Shown one piece after another: positions 28,242-37,076 of a stretch of 39,037 nt of DNA. The DNA lies in IMG/VR virus record IMGVR_UViG_2529293063_000017. One strand, written 5' to 3'. This DNA comes from a virus (lineage: Duplodnaviria; Heunggongvirae; Uroviricota; Caudoviricetes). Each line of letters starts with the position of its first letter. Within the stretch, counting starts at the first letter, position 1. The position numbers were made by a program, and so were the translations under genes. The notes beneath the pieces were generated by a model, which saw only the letters and a list, made by a program, of their open reading frames with translations, made no database searches and had not been told where the DNA came from.

Positions 28242-31085
28242 TCAATCTTTATCGTAAAAACTGCCACGTCCGGCACGGGCGCGCCGTTCCATCTCTGCCC
28301 TGACCATTTCACCGACCAGTTTCGCCAGTTCGCGGGGATTCTGCGTAACAACGTTATGCAGATGAACATGAATTTCACCACCAAATCCGGAGGCAACAGG
28401 CTCCCGGTTACGGGAAGTTACAGGAACTGATGCCACTGGAGATCGTATGGCCTCCGCCACCGGGCGGGAGCTGGCCGCAACAACAGGGACCAGCGCCGGA
28501 GGCAGCGGAGCCGGAACCACGGGTGTGATATTAATTGCGGGGGCAGGCTTACTGACCTGCGCAATCTTCCGCTCCTGCCACTCCCCACGAACAGCAAGTG
28601 CTCGGGGCAGGTTTTTAAAGACAATATCGCCGGGGCCAATACGTTTTTTCGTCTCCTCAACCAGCTTACCTGTGTTATCAGCAATTTTGCTGAGTCTGCG
28701 CAGCGTACCGGTATTGCTGTCTGTGAGCGGTTTATTGTCTTTGGGGTTATCACCTCCGGTGCCATTGCCATTTTCCACAGGCTTCGGCGGATTGATTTTC
28801 GCCAGGTCCCCCTGAAGCAAGGCAACCTTGTCCTGAAGAATGGCCGCACGCTGTGCGTCTTCGATTTTCTTTCTCGCCCTTTCCGCTTCATCCGGAAGAA
28901 CACCGAGTTTTTCAAGTATCCACGCCAGCGTATCCAGCAACATTTTTGCAGGCGTCAGAACAAGCTGTAACGCGCCACCAAGAACGTTACCGAATATCTC
29001 GCCAGCACTGGTACATTTATCCAGCGTTTCCTTGCTGGACTCCATCGGTGACAGCAGCGATTTAAACCAGTTAAACACCTGGCTGATCCCGCTTCCGATT
29101 GCGTCAAAAACAGGGCCAAACCGTTCAAAGGTTTCACGCAACGGGTTCAGCCTTTCCATAATCCCGCTGAACACCCCGGCAAAAAATGCCCTGATGGGAT
29201 CCCAGTATTTCCAGATAAGAACGGCAGCTCCGGCAAGCGCAGCCACGATAAGACCAACCGGACTGAACAGCGCCCCGATAGCTCCTCCCAGCAAAGAAAC
29301 GGAACCCGTCACCATTCCCCACAGCGCAGGCAACACCCTGACGACATTCATTGACCGGGTAAGAATGTCAAAACCAAGACGCAGGGTGGCCAGCTTCCCG
29401 TAAAGCACCCCAATAACCAGCGACAACGAGCCAATCGTTGCAGTCATTGCCAGCAACGCACCGCCTGCTATCAGTAGCTGGCGCGTCAGTACCGGATGGG
29501 CCTGCGCCAGCGAGGTGATTGTTTCAAGCACCCGCGTGAGCCACTGCGTGACAGAACGCAGCGGACCGTCAACCAGATCACTGATGCGAATACGAAGACC
29601 TTCCCATGCGCTGTCGAGATTTTTCAGGTCCCCATCAAGATTATCGGCCATTACTTTTGCAACGCGATCGGCCTCTCCCCTTGCCCCCTGCAATTCTCTG
29701 GTCAGTTTTTGCAGCTCTCCTGAACCAGCCGCCGCAACAAGCGTCTGCAAACCAACGAACGCCTCTTCTCCGGCGATGTCCTTGAAGAAGGAGACCTGGT
29801 CCACCTGTCCGTATTTTTGTGTCGCCTTATAGAGATCAAGCAGCACATCCTCCATCGGGCGCATTTTGCCTCTGGCGTCAGCAACTGACACCCCCAGCTC
29901 TTTCAGTGCATCAGCCGCAGCTTTTGGCGGTGATGCAAGGCGGGACAGACTTGCGCGCATGGCCGTGCCAGCATCGCTTCCGCGAAGACCATTATTGGCA
30001 AGCATCCCGGCCATGGCCGCCGCTTCTTCAAGACTGATACCAAGTTTTGCGGCAACCGGACCGGTATACTTCATGGTTTCGCCCAGCGCGCGTAAATCAG
30101 TATTGGTCCGGGTAAATGCTGCTGTCAGCGTATCGCCCCCCCGGTCCATTTGATCGGCTGTCAGGTTGAACTGTGTGAGGATATTGGAGCCTATATCAGC
30201 CGTCTCGCCGAGTTCGACGCCCCCTGCCAGCGCCATATTAAGAACACCGGGCAATGCGGCCTGAATGGCCTGCGGAGTAAAACCAGCCATTGCCAGAAAG
30301 CTCTGCCCACTGGCGGCATCACTCGCAGTAAACTGTGTTTCAGAGCCAAGTTTTAACGCCTGCTCACGCAGCGCCTTAAACTGCGGGCTGTTTTTGTCGA
30401 TTCGCGTCAGTGCCTGAACGCGGGACATCTCTTTGCCGAACCCGATCGCAGGCTGCAAAAAACGCCCGGCAGCATAGCCGCCCGCTGCTGCCGCACCAAT
30501 TGCCAGCGCACCACCTGTTTTCAGTTTTCCCGCGGTTTCCTGCGCGCGCGAATACCGCTCACGCGCCTGCGTTACACGCGCAAGCGCCTGCCGTTCGCGT
30601 TCAAGCTGGTTGTTGTATTGTTCGGTGCGTCTGATGGCCTGCTGAATGGTGTTATCGCTGCCTGTCAGGGAAATGCCGTGGCGTTTCAGTTCTCCGCCAA
30701 GCTCCCGCATTTTCTGAATTTCCCGTGTGCGCGATTCATTCAGGCGTTCAAGCCGGGTGCTTAACTGCTGCATTAGCTTTTGTTGTTTTTCGCTGAGCAC
30801 TGTACCCGTGCGTTGTAACTGATTAAGGGCGTTAAGCTGGCGTCGTGCTTTCACGATACCCGCATCCGCTTTACTGACAGCGTCGCGGGCGCGCTCAAAT
30901 GATCGCGCCTGACGCTCGAGATTTTTGATCGCCCCCTGCGTTCGCTGGATGGAGTCACCAAACTGCCCCATCAGGCGGCGGGCGTTTTCGGCAGGCCGGG
31001 TCAGCCTGTCAACGGCGCTGAAAGCGACCCGGATATCAAGAGTCTTCATTGTCTGCATTCCCGCTGCGAAGTGCCGCCCGCTCAC
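28242..31085 (-). CDS. T: Tail tape measure protein, gpT-like
   Basis: 947 aa; coiled-coil-rich N-terminal part, hydrophobic central segments, Ala/Gly-rich; position after E/E'. Confidence 0.9.
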   Translation of the reverse strand: MSGRHFAAGMQTMKTLDIRVAFSAVDRLTRPAENARRLMGQFGDSIQRTQGAIKNLERQARSFERARDAVSKADAGIVKARRQLNALNQLQRTGTVLSEKQQKLMQQLSTRLERLNESRTREIQKMRELGGELKRHGISLTGSDNTIQQAIRRTEQYNNQLERERQALARVTQARERYSRAQETAGKLKTGGALAIGAAAAGGYAAGRFLQPAIGFGKEMSRVQALTRIDKNSPQFKALREQALKLGSETQFTASDAASGQSFLAMAGFTPQAIQAALPGVLNMALAGGVELGETADIGSNILTQFNLTADQMDRGGDTLTAAFTRTNTDLRALGETMKYTGPVAAKLGISLEEAAAMAGMLANNGLRGSDAGTAMRASLSRLASPPKAAADALKELGVSVADARGKMRPMEDVLLDLYKATQKYGQVDQVSFFKDIAGEEAFVGLQTLVAAAGSGELQKLTRELQGARGEADRVAKVMADNLDGDLKNLDSAWEGLRIRISDLVDGPLRSVTQWLTRVLETITSLAQAHPVLTRQLLIAGGALLAMTATIGSLSLVIGVLYGKLATLRLGFDILTRSMNVVRVLPALWGMVTGSVSLLGGAIGALFSPVGLIVAALAGAAVLIWKYWDPIRAFFAGVFSGIMERLNPLRETFERFGPVFDAIGSGISQVFNWFKSLLSPMESSKETLDKCTSAGEIFGNVLGGALQLVLTPAKMLLDTLAWILEKLGVLPDEAERARKKIEDAQRAAILQDKVALLQGDLAKINPPKPVENGNGTGGDNPKDNKPLTDSNTGTLRRLSKIADNTGKLVEETKKRIGPGDIVFKNLPRALAVRGEWQERKIAQVSKPAPAINITPVVPAPLPPALVPVVAASSRPVAEAIRSPVASVPVTSRNREPVASGFGGEIHVHLHNVVTQNPRELAKLVGEMVRAEMERRARAGRGSFYDKD

Positions 31086-31565
31086 GCCAGCTAACCACTT
31101 CGCCGGGCGTCATCATGAAGATTTCGGCGGGCGACCAGTTAAAAATGGCGGCAATATCCGCCACAAAGTCTTCTATATGCTCAAAGCACACAACCGTGAT
31201 CAGGCTTCCGTCGCCTGTTCGTTCTTCCCGCCAGAGTCCGCACCGCTCAAAAAATTTACGGCAACCACACATAACTGAATAAAGTCACGGGATGCCATTT
31301 TTTTGATCGTCACTTCATCCAGTCGCGGTGATGTCACGCGTGACAGCAGCGTAAACATGGATTCCGCTTTCAGATTCAGCACATCAGACAGCGACAAATC
31401 TCGCAGAGATCCAGCCTGCTCAATAGCCCCGGTGATCTCCACATACGTGATTTTTTCGCCGCCTCGCTCAATTGGTTGGGTAAGTTTTCCCCCACGCTCA
31501 CTGGTTTCTTTCACAGTGTCAGTAACTACCGTGTTTTCGGTATCGATGTTTTTCGTCTCTTTCAT
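31036..31565 (-). CDS. Tail assembly chaperone frameshift product, gpE+E'-like (-1 programmed frameshift)
   Basis: The -1 frame opened at ttttttg (minus strand, 31256..31250) continues as FFERCGLWREERTGDGSLITVV... to the stop at 31036, overlapping the T start, as in P2 E/E'. Confidence 0.75.
31200..31565 (-). CDS. E: Tail assembly chaperone, gpE-like
   Basis: 121 aa; ends just downstream of a T6G slippery heptamer; position between FII and T. Confidence 0.85.
   Translation of the reverse strand: MKETKNIDTENTVVTDTVKETSERGGKLTQPIERGGEKITYVEITGAIEQAGSLRDLSLSDVLNLKAESMFTLLSRVTSPRLDEVTIKKMASRDFIQLCVVAVNFLSGADSGGKNEQATEA
31250..31256 (-). other. Slippery heptamer TTTTTTG for the E/E' -1 frameshift
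   Basis: Plus-strand caaaaaa at 31250-31256 is ttttttg on the coding (minus) strand; located 16 codons before the E stop. Confidence 0.7.
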
Positions 31566-31619
31566 CAGGAAACTCCTTTCAGTCAGAGGCGACGCACTGC
31601 GCCGCCTGCATATTACTTA

Positions 31620-32132
31620 TCAGCCAAGCCCGAGCGCGGAACGGATGCGATCGGGCACAATGTCCTTGCCGTCCTTCCGGTAAATGAAGTTCAGCAGGTC
31701 AATCTCCCACAACGGGCGATCGTTAACACTCAGCTTGTAGTAGGTGTTTTTAATGGCGTAAGTGTGTGATGTGGCTTCGCCCTGTTTGGCTTCCCCCATA
31801 TCAATTTCCGTCACACGTCCGCGCATTTCGACTTCATACAGGTCGCTTTCTGCATCGGTGTAGTATTCACCCGCAAAACGCAGCAGCGTGCCGTCAATCG
31901 TGCCGCCATACTTAAGGAACAGCTCACGAACTGCGCCCCCCATGACAAAGCTCGCATCAAGCGCGGAGTCGTCCAGACCGAGATCAATACTTACCGCACC
32001 CATCATGCCGCCCCCCCGGTAGCTGTCGGTTTTGCGCGTCAGTTTGGGCAGAGTGACGGACGTCACCTTACCCACTTCGTTTTCACCATCCACAAACAGC
32101 GTAAAAAAGCGAAGATGTTTTGGCACAGCCAT
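31620..32132 (-). CDS. FII: Tail tube protein, gpFII-like
   Basis: ...VTLPKLTRKTDSYRGGGMMGAVSIDLGLDD... matches P2 FII (...VTLPKLTRKLENYRGAGMNGAAPIDLGLDD...). Confidence 0.9.
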   Translation of the reverse strand: MAVPKHLRFFTLFVDGENEVGKVTSVTLPKLTRKTDSYRGGGMMGAVSIDLGLDDSALDASFVMGGAVRELFLKYGGTIDGTLLRFAGEYYTDAESDLYEVEMRGRVTEIDMGEAKQGEATSHTYAIKNTYYKLSVNDRPLWEIDLLNFIYRKDGKDIVPDRIRSALGLG

Positions 32133-33316
32133 CAGGCACCTCCCAGCACCGCAAATGCGGGTTCAAAGTATTCATCAGTAAACGTCTGGTAAAGCTCCAT
32201 GTCTTCCAGTGGCGGAACGGGCGTATATTTGTAGCGAATACGCACACGCCCCTGACGTAAATCCGTGGTGCTGTTATCCACCACGTCATACCAGCACTCC
32301 GCGCCAATCAGTTTCCCGGCAGTAACCAGTGAATCCAGTTTTGCCCTGATGGCACTGATAACATCCTTCACGTTCGCAGGCGTCAGTGGACTGTCGATGG
32401 TTTCAAACTGCGCTTCCGCAATTGAATCAGCCAGCACCTGTGCGGTTCGGGTATACACCTCAAAGATGTAGGCGTTCGTTTCCGGTGTGCGGTTGCCCCA
32501 GAAGCGGAACCCGTTGCGACGAATAATGGTCGTGATTTCTTTGTTGTTGAGGCTGTTGGCATCGCTGTCTTCGGCCTGCAACGACCAGAACACATGCCTC
32601 GACATCCCCAGCACATTTTTAACCGGAACGTTGGACAGTGATTTGTGCCACCCCTGCTCATGGTCAATGTACGCACGAAGGCCGCACGCATAGGCAGGCG
32701 CGGGGAACGTTTCGTTTTTGCCACTTTTCGGGTTGTAGGCGATGAAGTCCGGCCATAAGAGCATCATCTCACGTTCGTTGAATTTCTGGCGGTAGGTAAT
32801 CGCCTCAGCCATCGTGTTACAGCCGTGACATGAGGCATACACAAACGCGCGCAGTTTACCTGCAATCACGCACAGGGATTTTGTTACCGCCTCCGTGTCC
32901 AGCTCCGGCGCGGCCAGAATACGCGGACGGTATCCGATGCTTTCATCCTGCTCTGCAACAAGCAGCGCATACATCCCCGTATAGCTGCCGTCAGATTCAG
33001 AACCACCGATAACCAGTTGATCCTGCGTTTTTCCGTCTTCTTCTTTGTGTTCAGCCACGCGAACGACGATCACCTTTGTGCTCACCTGGTCTGCGATGGC
33101 CTTAAGCGCACGATAAAGCGTCCCCGTTGTTCCGCATTTTCCCAGCACGTCATTGACGCGGGTCAGCAGTGTGGGCTTGTTCAGCGGGAACAGCTCCGCG
33201 TCCGCATCATCCGCCGTTGCCACGATACCGATAACACTGGAATCAACATCATTAATCGCTGTTACCAGGTCGGTACTTTCCGTAACACGGGCACCATGAA
33301 AACGAGTTTCACTCAT
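32132..33316 (-). CDS. FI: Contractile tail sheath protein, gpFI-like
   Basis: 394 aa; size and position upstream of FII. Confidence 0.9.
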   Translation of the reverse strand: MSETRFHGARVTESTDLVTAINDVDSSVIGIVATADDADAELFPLNKPTLLTRVNDVLGKCGTTGTLYRALKAIADQVSTKVIVVRVAEHKEEDGKTQDQLVIGGSESDGSYTGMYALLVAEQDESIGYRPRILAAPELDTEAVTKSLCVIAGKLRAFVYASCHGCNTMAEAITYRQKFNEREMMLLWPDFIAYNPKSGKNETFPAPAYACGLRAYIDHEQGWHKSLSNVPVKNVLGMSRHVFWSLQAEDSDANSLNNKEITTIIRRNGFRFWGNRTPETNAYIFEVYTRTAQVLADSIAEAQFETIDSPLTPANVKDVISAIRAKLDSLVTAGKLIGAECWYDVVDNSTTDLRQGRVRIRYKYTPVPPLEDMELYQTFTDEYFEPAFAVLGGA

Positions 33317-33482
33317 AGCTTCAGCCCCTTGTATCCGTTAAATGATTCGGCAACAATCATCACCCACCACGCGCGTAATCTCACCCCTGCGACGTTCTCC
33401 CGCCACGGCGACAACAAAAAGCAGTAACCCCCTCCGCACGCACATGCGACCATGCCGCACAGGGAGGGAACAGATGACCGAC

Positions 33483-34583
33483 ACCACCATGCAATTGATC
33501 AGTCAGGGCACAGACCCCGTGAAAATGCCGGATTTTGATATTCTCGCGGAGGGTAAAACGCTGTCAGGCGTGGCAGAGCGCCTGATGAGCCTGTCACTGA
33601 CCGACAACCGGGGATTTGAAGCAGACCAGCTCACCATCACGCTGGATGATGCAGATGGTCAGTTGCATCTACCGCCACGGGGCGCGCGCCTGACGGTTCT
33701 CATTGGCTGGAAAGGGGAACCGCTGACAGAAAAAGGCACTTACATTGTTGATGAAATCGCTCACGAAGGACCGCCGGACAGGCTGACTGTTTCAGCCAGA
33801 AGCGCAGATTTTCGGGATGAATTTAACGTTAAACGAGAGGTGTCCTGGCATGATGTGACCGTTGAGCGTGTGGTATCCGCCATCGCTCATCGGTATGGTC
33901 TGAAACCGCAAATCAGCGAAATGCTGATGGATATCGAAATCGACCACGCCGACCAGACCGAAGAAAGCGACATGTCCTTCCTTACGCGCATGGCGGAAAT
34001 GCTGGGCGCAATCACCACGGTAAAAAGCGGCAATCTGTTATTCATCATGCCAGGTGGTGGCGTGAACGCACAGGGCCAGCCGTTGCCCTCGTTCGCCATT
34101 ACACGCAGCAGCGGCGATCGCCATCAGTTCCGTATTGCTGATCGCGAGGCGTATACGGGGGTACGCGCCTACTGGCTTGATCTTAATTACGGGAAAAAGA
34201 AAAAAGTCAGCGTGAAACGCCGTAAACCGCCAAAACCCAAAAAGGAGAAAAGCAGCAGCCGTGAAGGTGATTATATGGAAGGCGCGGAAGGCAATGTGTT
34301 TGTGTTACGCAAGACTTATCAGAACGAGCAGGCAGCAAGACGCGCAGCGGCGGCAAAGTGGCAGCAGCTACAACGCGGAGCCGCATCATTTTCCATCACG
34401 CTGGCACGTGGACGCGCAGAACTCTACCCCGAAATGCATGGCACGGTAACAGGATTTAAAAGCGAGATTGATAATCAGGACTGGATTATTGCAAAAGTCG
34501 AGCACACCGTTGATAACAGCGGCTTTACCACGCAGCTTGAGCTTGAAGCAAAAATCCCGGAATGGATAGCGGAAACAGAATGA
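33483..34583 (+). CDS. D: Tail protein gpD-like (late gene D)
   Basis: ...SWHDVTVERVVSAIAHRYGLKP...HADQTEESDMSFLTRMAEMLGAITTVKSGNLLF...GGVNAQGQPLP...FVLRKTY...RGAASFSITLARGR... matches P2 gpD; ATG at 33483 after RBS gggaggg. Confidence 0.85.
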   Translation, partial: TTMQLISQGTDPVKMPDFDILAEGKTLSGVAERLMSLSLTDNRGFEADQLTITLDDADGQLHLPPRGARLTVLIGWKGEPLTEKGTYIVDEIAHEGPPDRLTVSARSADFRDEFNVKREVSWHDVTVERVVSAIAHRYGLKPQISEMLMDIEIDHADQTEESDMSFLTRMAEMLGAITTVKSGNLLFIMPGGGVNAQGQPLPSFAITRSSGDRHQFRIADREAYTGVRAYWLDLNYGKKKKVSVKRRKPPKPKKEKSSSREGDYMEGAEGNVFVLRKTYQNEQAARRAAAAKWQQLQRGAASFSITLARGRAELYPEMHGTVTGFKSEIDNQDWIIAKVEHTVDNSGFTTQLELEAKIPEWIAETE

Positions 34584-34694
34584 GCGATTTGGAGATATTA
34601 AATCAAACATGAGTAAATATTACCAATAACAGAGTGTACTTATTGGATGTATAGTTCTTTCATTTTTTAGGAGAAATTAAGAAAATTAACTCAA

Positions 34695-34727
34695 TGTGCA
34701 CCTTATAAAGGCGCACACTTTGTTTTG
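34695..34727 (+). terminator. Rho-independent terminator candidate after D
   Basis: Imperfect hairpin tgtgcacc-ttataaa-ggcgcaca followed by tttgttttg. Confidence 0.45.
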
Positions 34728-34731
34728 CATG

Positions 34732-35790
34732 TTAAAAATTATTTATTATGTGTTCAGCTAAATGATCATACTCACCAGCCATCTCATTCATTAGTTCTAC
34801 CTGATTAACTGCCCATTGCCCCCGCCCACGAAGAGCATTCGTTGGCCTAACTCGAGACAAATAGCGAATAGGTATATTTTGAATAATACTATCAGGAGCC
34901 ATAACGTTGAGGTCCTCAATCTTTCCAACTGGTTCATAATCAGTAAAATCAGGAACCGCGTTGTAAGATGAAATCTGTGAAAGCTGAGGAAGCATTTTTT
35001 CCTCTATCGCTTTTCTTATTGAACGGTGATGAACTGCATCTGCACCAACCTCTTGTTTAACATCATTTTGCTTTCTCGTATCAAAACCATTGAATATCCA
35101 ACCGCCAAATTTAGGCATCCCTTTCTGAGATATAATATTATCTCGTGGGTTACCTGATAGATATCTTTCCTTGCCCTGCTCCCAATCACGTATAAATGAT
35201 GGCAACATCTCACCAATCAGCCCTACACAATATGAAGAGAATAAATCAGGTGTGCATGGAACTAAAAAATAGTCCGAGCAGTACAATGACGATCTAACAA
35301 GCGTATTGAATGAGGGAGGTAAATCTATTAGGACATAATCATAAATAACATCATTTTTCTCTGATGCTTTTTTTGTTATCAAATCTGGCAAAATAAAACG
35401 ATATAACCCTGCGCCACTTATAACATCAGTGCCGACATTTAAAATATCTGAAAATGTATTAAGCCAAAAGTCTCCAGGAACAATATGCAAAACGCCTGCA
35501 TCTGTCTTAGTCTTAGGTTCTGTTGTATAAACTTCACCTATAGTATTTTGTTGTATGTAAGGCAATGCAAATGCTTTAACCGTTTTTCCAAAAGGGAAAT
35601 CATCTGAAGGTTCCAATAACTCTGAAAATTCCTCATCACCAATACATGCAATTGAGAGATTACACTGGGGATCAAAGTCTATTAATAAAACACTTTTTCC
35701 TTTATCTGCTAGCGATACTGCAAGATTCCAAATTATAGTTGTTTTACCAACACCACCTTTGTTATTAAAAATCGATATAGTTTTTGTCAT
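34732..35790 (-). CDS. ParA/MinD-family Walker-type ATPase with about 100-aa C-terminal extension; solo accessory gene
   Basis: 352 aa; N-terminal deviant Walker A (MTKTISIFNNKGGVGKTT); AT-rich; no ParB-like partner gene nearby. Confidence 0.8.
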   Translation of the reverse strand: MTKTISIFNNKGGVGKTTIIWNLAVSLADKGKSVLLIDFDPQCNLSIACIGDEEFSELLEPSDDFPFGKTVKAFALPYIQQNTIGEVYTTEPKTKTDAGVLHIVPGDFWLNTFSDILNVGTDVISGAGLYRFILPDLITKKASEKNDVIYDYVLIDLPPSFNTLVRSSLYCSDYFLVPCTPDLFSSYCVGLIGEMLPSFIRDWEQGKERYLSGNPRDNIISQKGMPKFGGWIFNGFDTRKQNDVKQEVGADAVHHRSIRKAIEEKMLPQLSQISSYNAVPDFTDYEPVGKIEDLNVMAPDSIIQNIPIRYLSRVRPTNALRGRGQWAVNQVELMNEMAGEYDHLAEHIINNF

Positions 35791-36050
35791 TTACAACCCT
35801 TATTTCAGTGAAATTTTCGTTGAGAATCAGCATTTGTTTTTTTTGCATAAACCACAATTCAACTTTGAGATTAACACAAGCCTTATTGTTATACATTAAA
35901 ATCCTACTCAAATGACATCATTGAGATACTCATGTAATTTATTCGCCACGACAAAGCCTTCTTCAGTGACTTGCTCAAAGCGGAGTTGCTGTTGGAATCT
36001 GAGTTGGGGCAACTTAGAATGGTGGCAGCACCACGTTAAGGGAGGTCGCT

Positions 36051-36311
36051 ATGTTTCGTTGTCCGCTTTGTGGCGCATCTGCCCGTATCCGCACCAGTCG
36101 TCCTGAAAATGATTCAAACACCGTGCGGCAAAAGTATTACCAGTGTAACAATCTGGAATGCGGCGTATGCTTCTCAACACTGGAAGCTTTCCATAAATTC
36201 ACATCAAAACACGCCTCCGGCGCTCTCTCTTCAGAAGGTATCCCGTGGCATAAGCTGCCAGCTTCACACAGGGGAAACAATCAGATGAGTTTGCCTTTAC
36301 CTCAGAATTAA
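36051..36311 (+). CDS. ogr: Ogr/Delta-family zinc-finger late-gene transcription activator
   Basis: MFRCPLCGASARIRTSR...YYQCNNLECGVCFSTLEAF... resembles P2 Ogr (MFHCPLCQHAAHARTSR...YHQCQNVNCSATF...). Confidence 0.85.
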   Translation: MFRCPLCGASARIRTSRPENDSNTVRQKYYQCNNLECGVCFSTLEAFHKFTSKHASGALSSEGIPWHKLPASHRGNNQMSLPLPQN

Positions 36312-36502
36312 TGGGCAGAATTGCCGGAGCAACAAAAAAGCGATAGATTACGCGCGGGTGCCTTTCGGCTGATGGTCGGAGGGAATACCCGAAGGCCAGA
36401 TGTGGAAAGACCCCGGAAAACATTTCTGTTTAACCGAGGCCCTAACATATCTACCTTAAGCAAGTGATAGGTTAGCGCCTCTCCAACAAAGGAGCAAGCG
36501 CT

Positions 36503-36643
36503 ATGTCGCAAAAATCGCTTACGGCCATCACGTTCTGCGTGACGGTAATCCTCATCATCTGGATGCTGCACGGTTCGCTGTGTGAAATACGGATGAGCTT
36601 CTGGGGAGCGGAGTTTGCGGCGTTCTTACAGTGTAAGCAGTAA
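36503..36643 (+). CDS. hok: Hok/Gef-family type I toxin (small membrane peptide)
   Basis: 46 aa, below the ORF-track length cut-off; MSQKSLTAITFCVTVILIIWMLHGSLCEIRMSFWGAEFAAFLQCKQ has the N-terminal TM helix and the SLCEIR...E.AAF... signature of Hok/Gef peptides; RBS ggagcaagcgctATG. Confidence 0.7.
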   Translation: MSQKSLTAITFCVTVILIIWMLHGSLCEIRMSFWGAEFAAFLQCKQ

Positions 36644-36878
36644 GGAAACCGCGACGGGGGAGTAATCCCCCGTCAATCGGTTGCCAGGGTAAGGTCGATA
36701 AGGCACCCTATATCACAGACATGAACAACAAGCCCGCAGCGTAAAAACTGCGGGTTTTCTTTTTGGTATCCCCATCCATAAGCAATAGGCATAACAGATC
36801 GATGCAATAAATCCGATCGATAAAAACGATCGATTTGTTATCATATCGGCAGCAGTAACCACACAAGAGGTGCCGCAA

Positions 36879-37076
36879 ATGACGCAAAATGTACGATGCA
36901 AAAATTGCAACAAACTACTTGCCCGCGCCTCATTTCACTACATTGAAATAAAATGTCCGCGCTGCAAAACACTTAACCAGATAACGAGAGCCATTGAGCA
37001 CCCCACACACATGAGGAGTTATGACCGTGGGGATCGCAATCCAGCACCAACCAGCACATACACCGGAACACACTAA
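36879..37076 (+). CDS. com: Com-like zinc-finger protein (Mu Com family translational activator)
   Basis: MTQNVRCKNCNKLLARASFHYIEIKCPRCKTLNQITRAIEHPT... resembles Mu Com (MKSIRCKNCNKLLFKADSFDHIEIRCPRCKRHIIMLNACEHPT...); its 3' end overlaps the start of the methyltransferase gene. Confidence 0.8.
   Translation: MTQNVRCKNCNKLLARASFHYIEIKCPRCKTLNQITRAIEHPTHMRSYDRGDRNPAPTSTYTGTH

Noticed and set aside
28418-30634. Multiple ORFs on both strands within the tape measure gene
   Set aside because: Embedded in or antisense to the 947-aa T gene; the repetitive Ala/Gly-rich codon composition generates spurious open frames.
36308-36571. 87-aa minus-strand ORF
   Set aside because: Overlaps the hok-like gene and its leader on the opposite strand; the plus-strand Hok-family peptide is the better-supported coding feature. 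Any antisense product here is more likely a Sok-type RNA.
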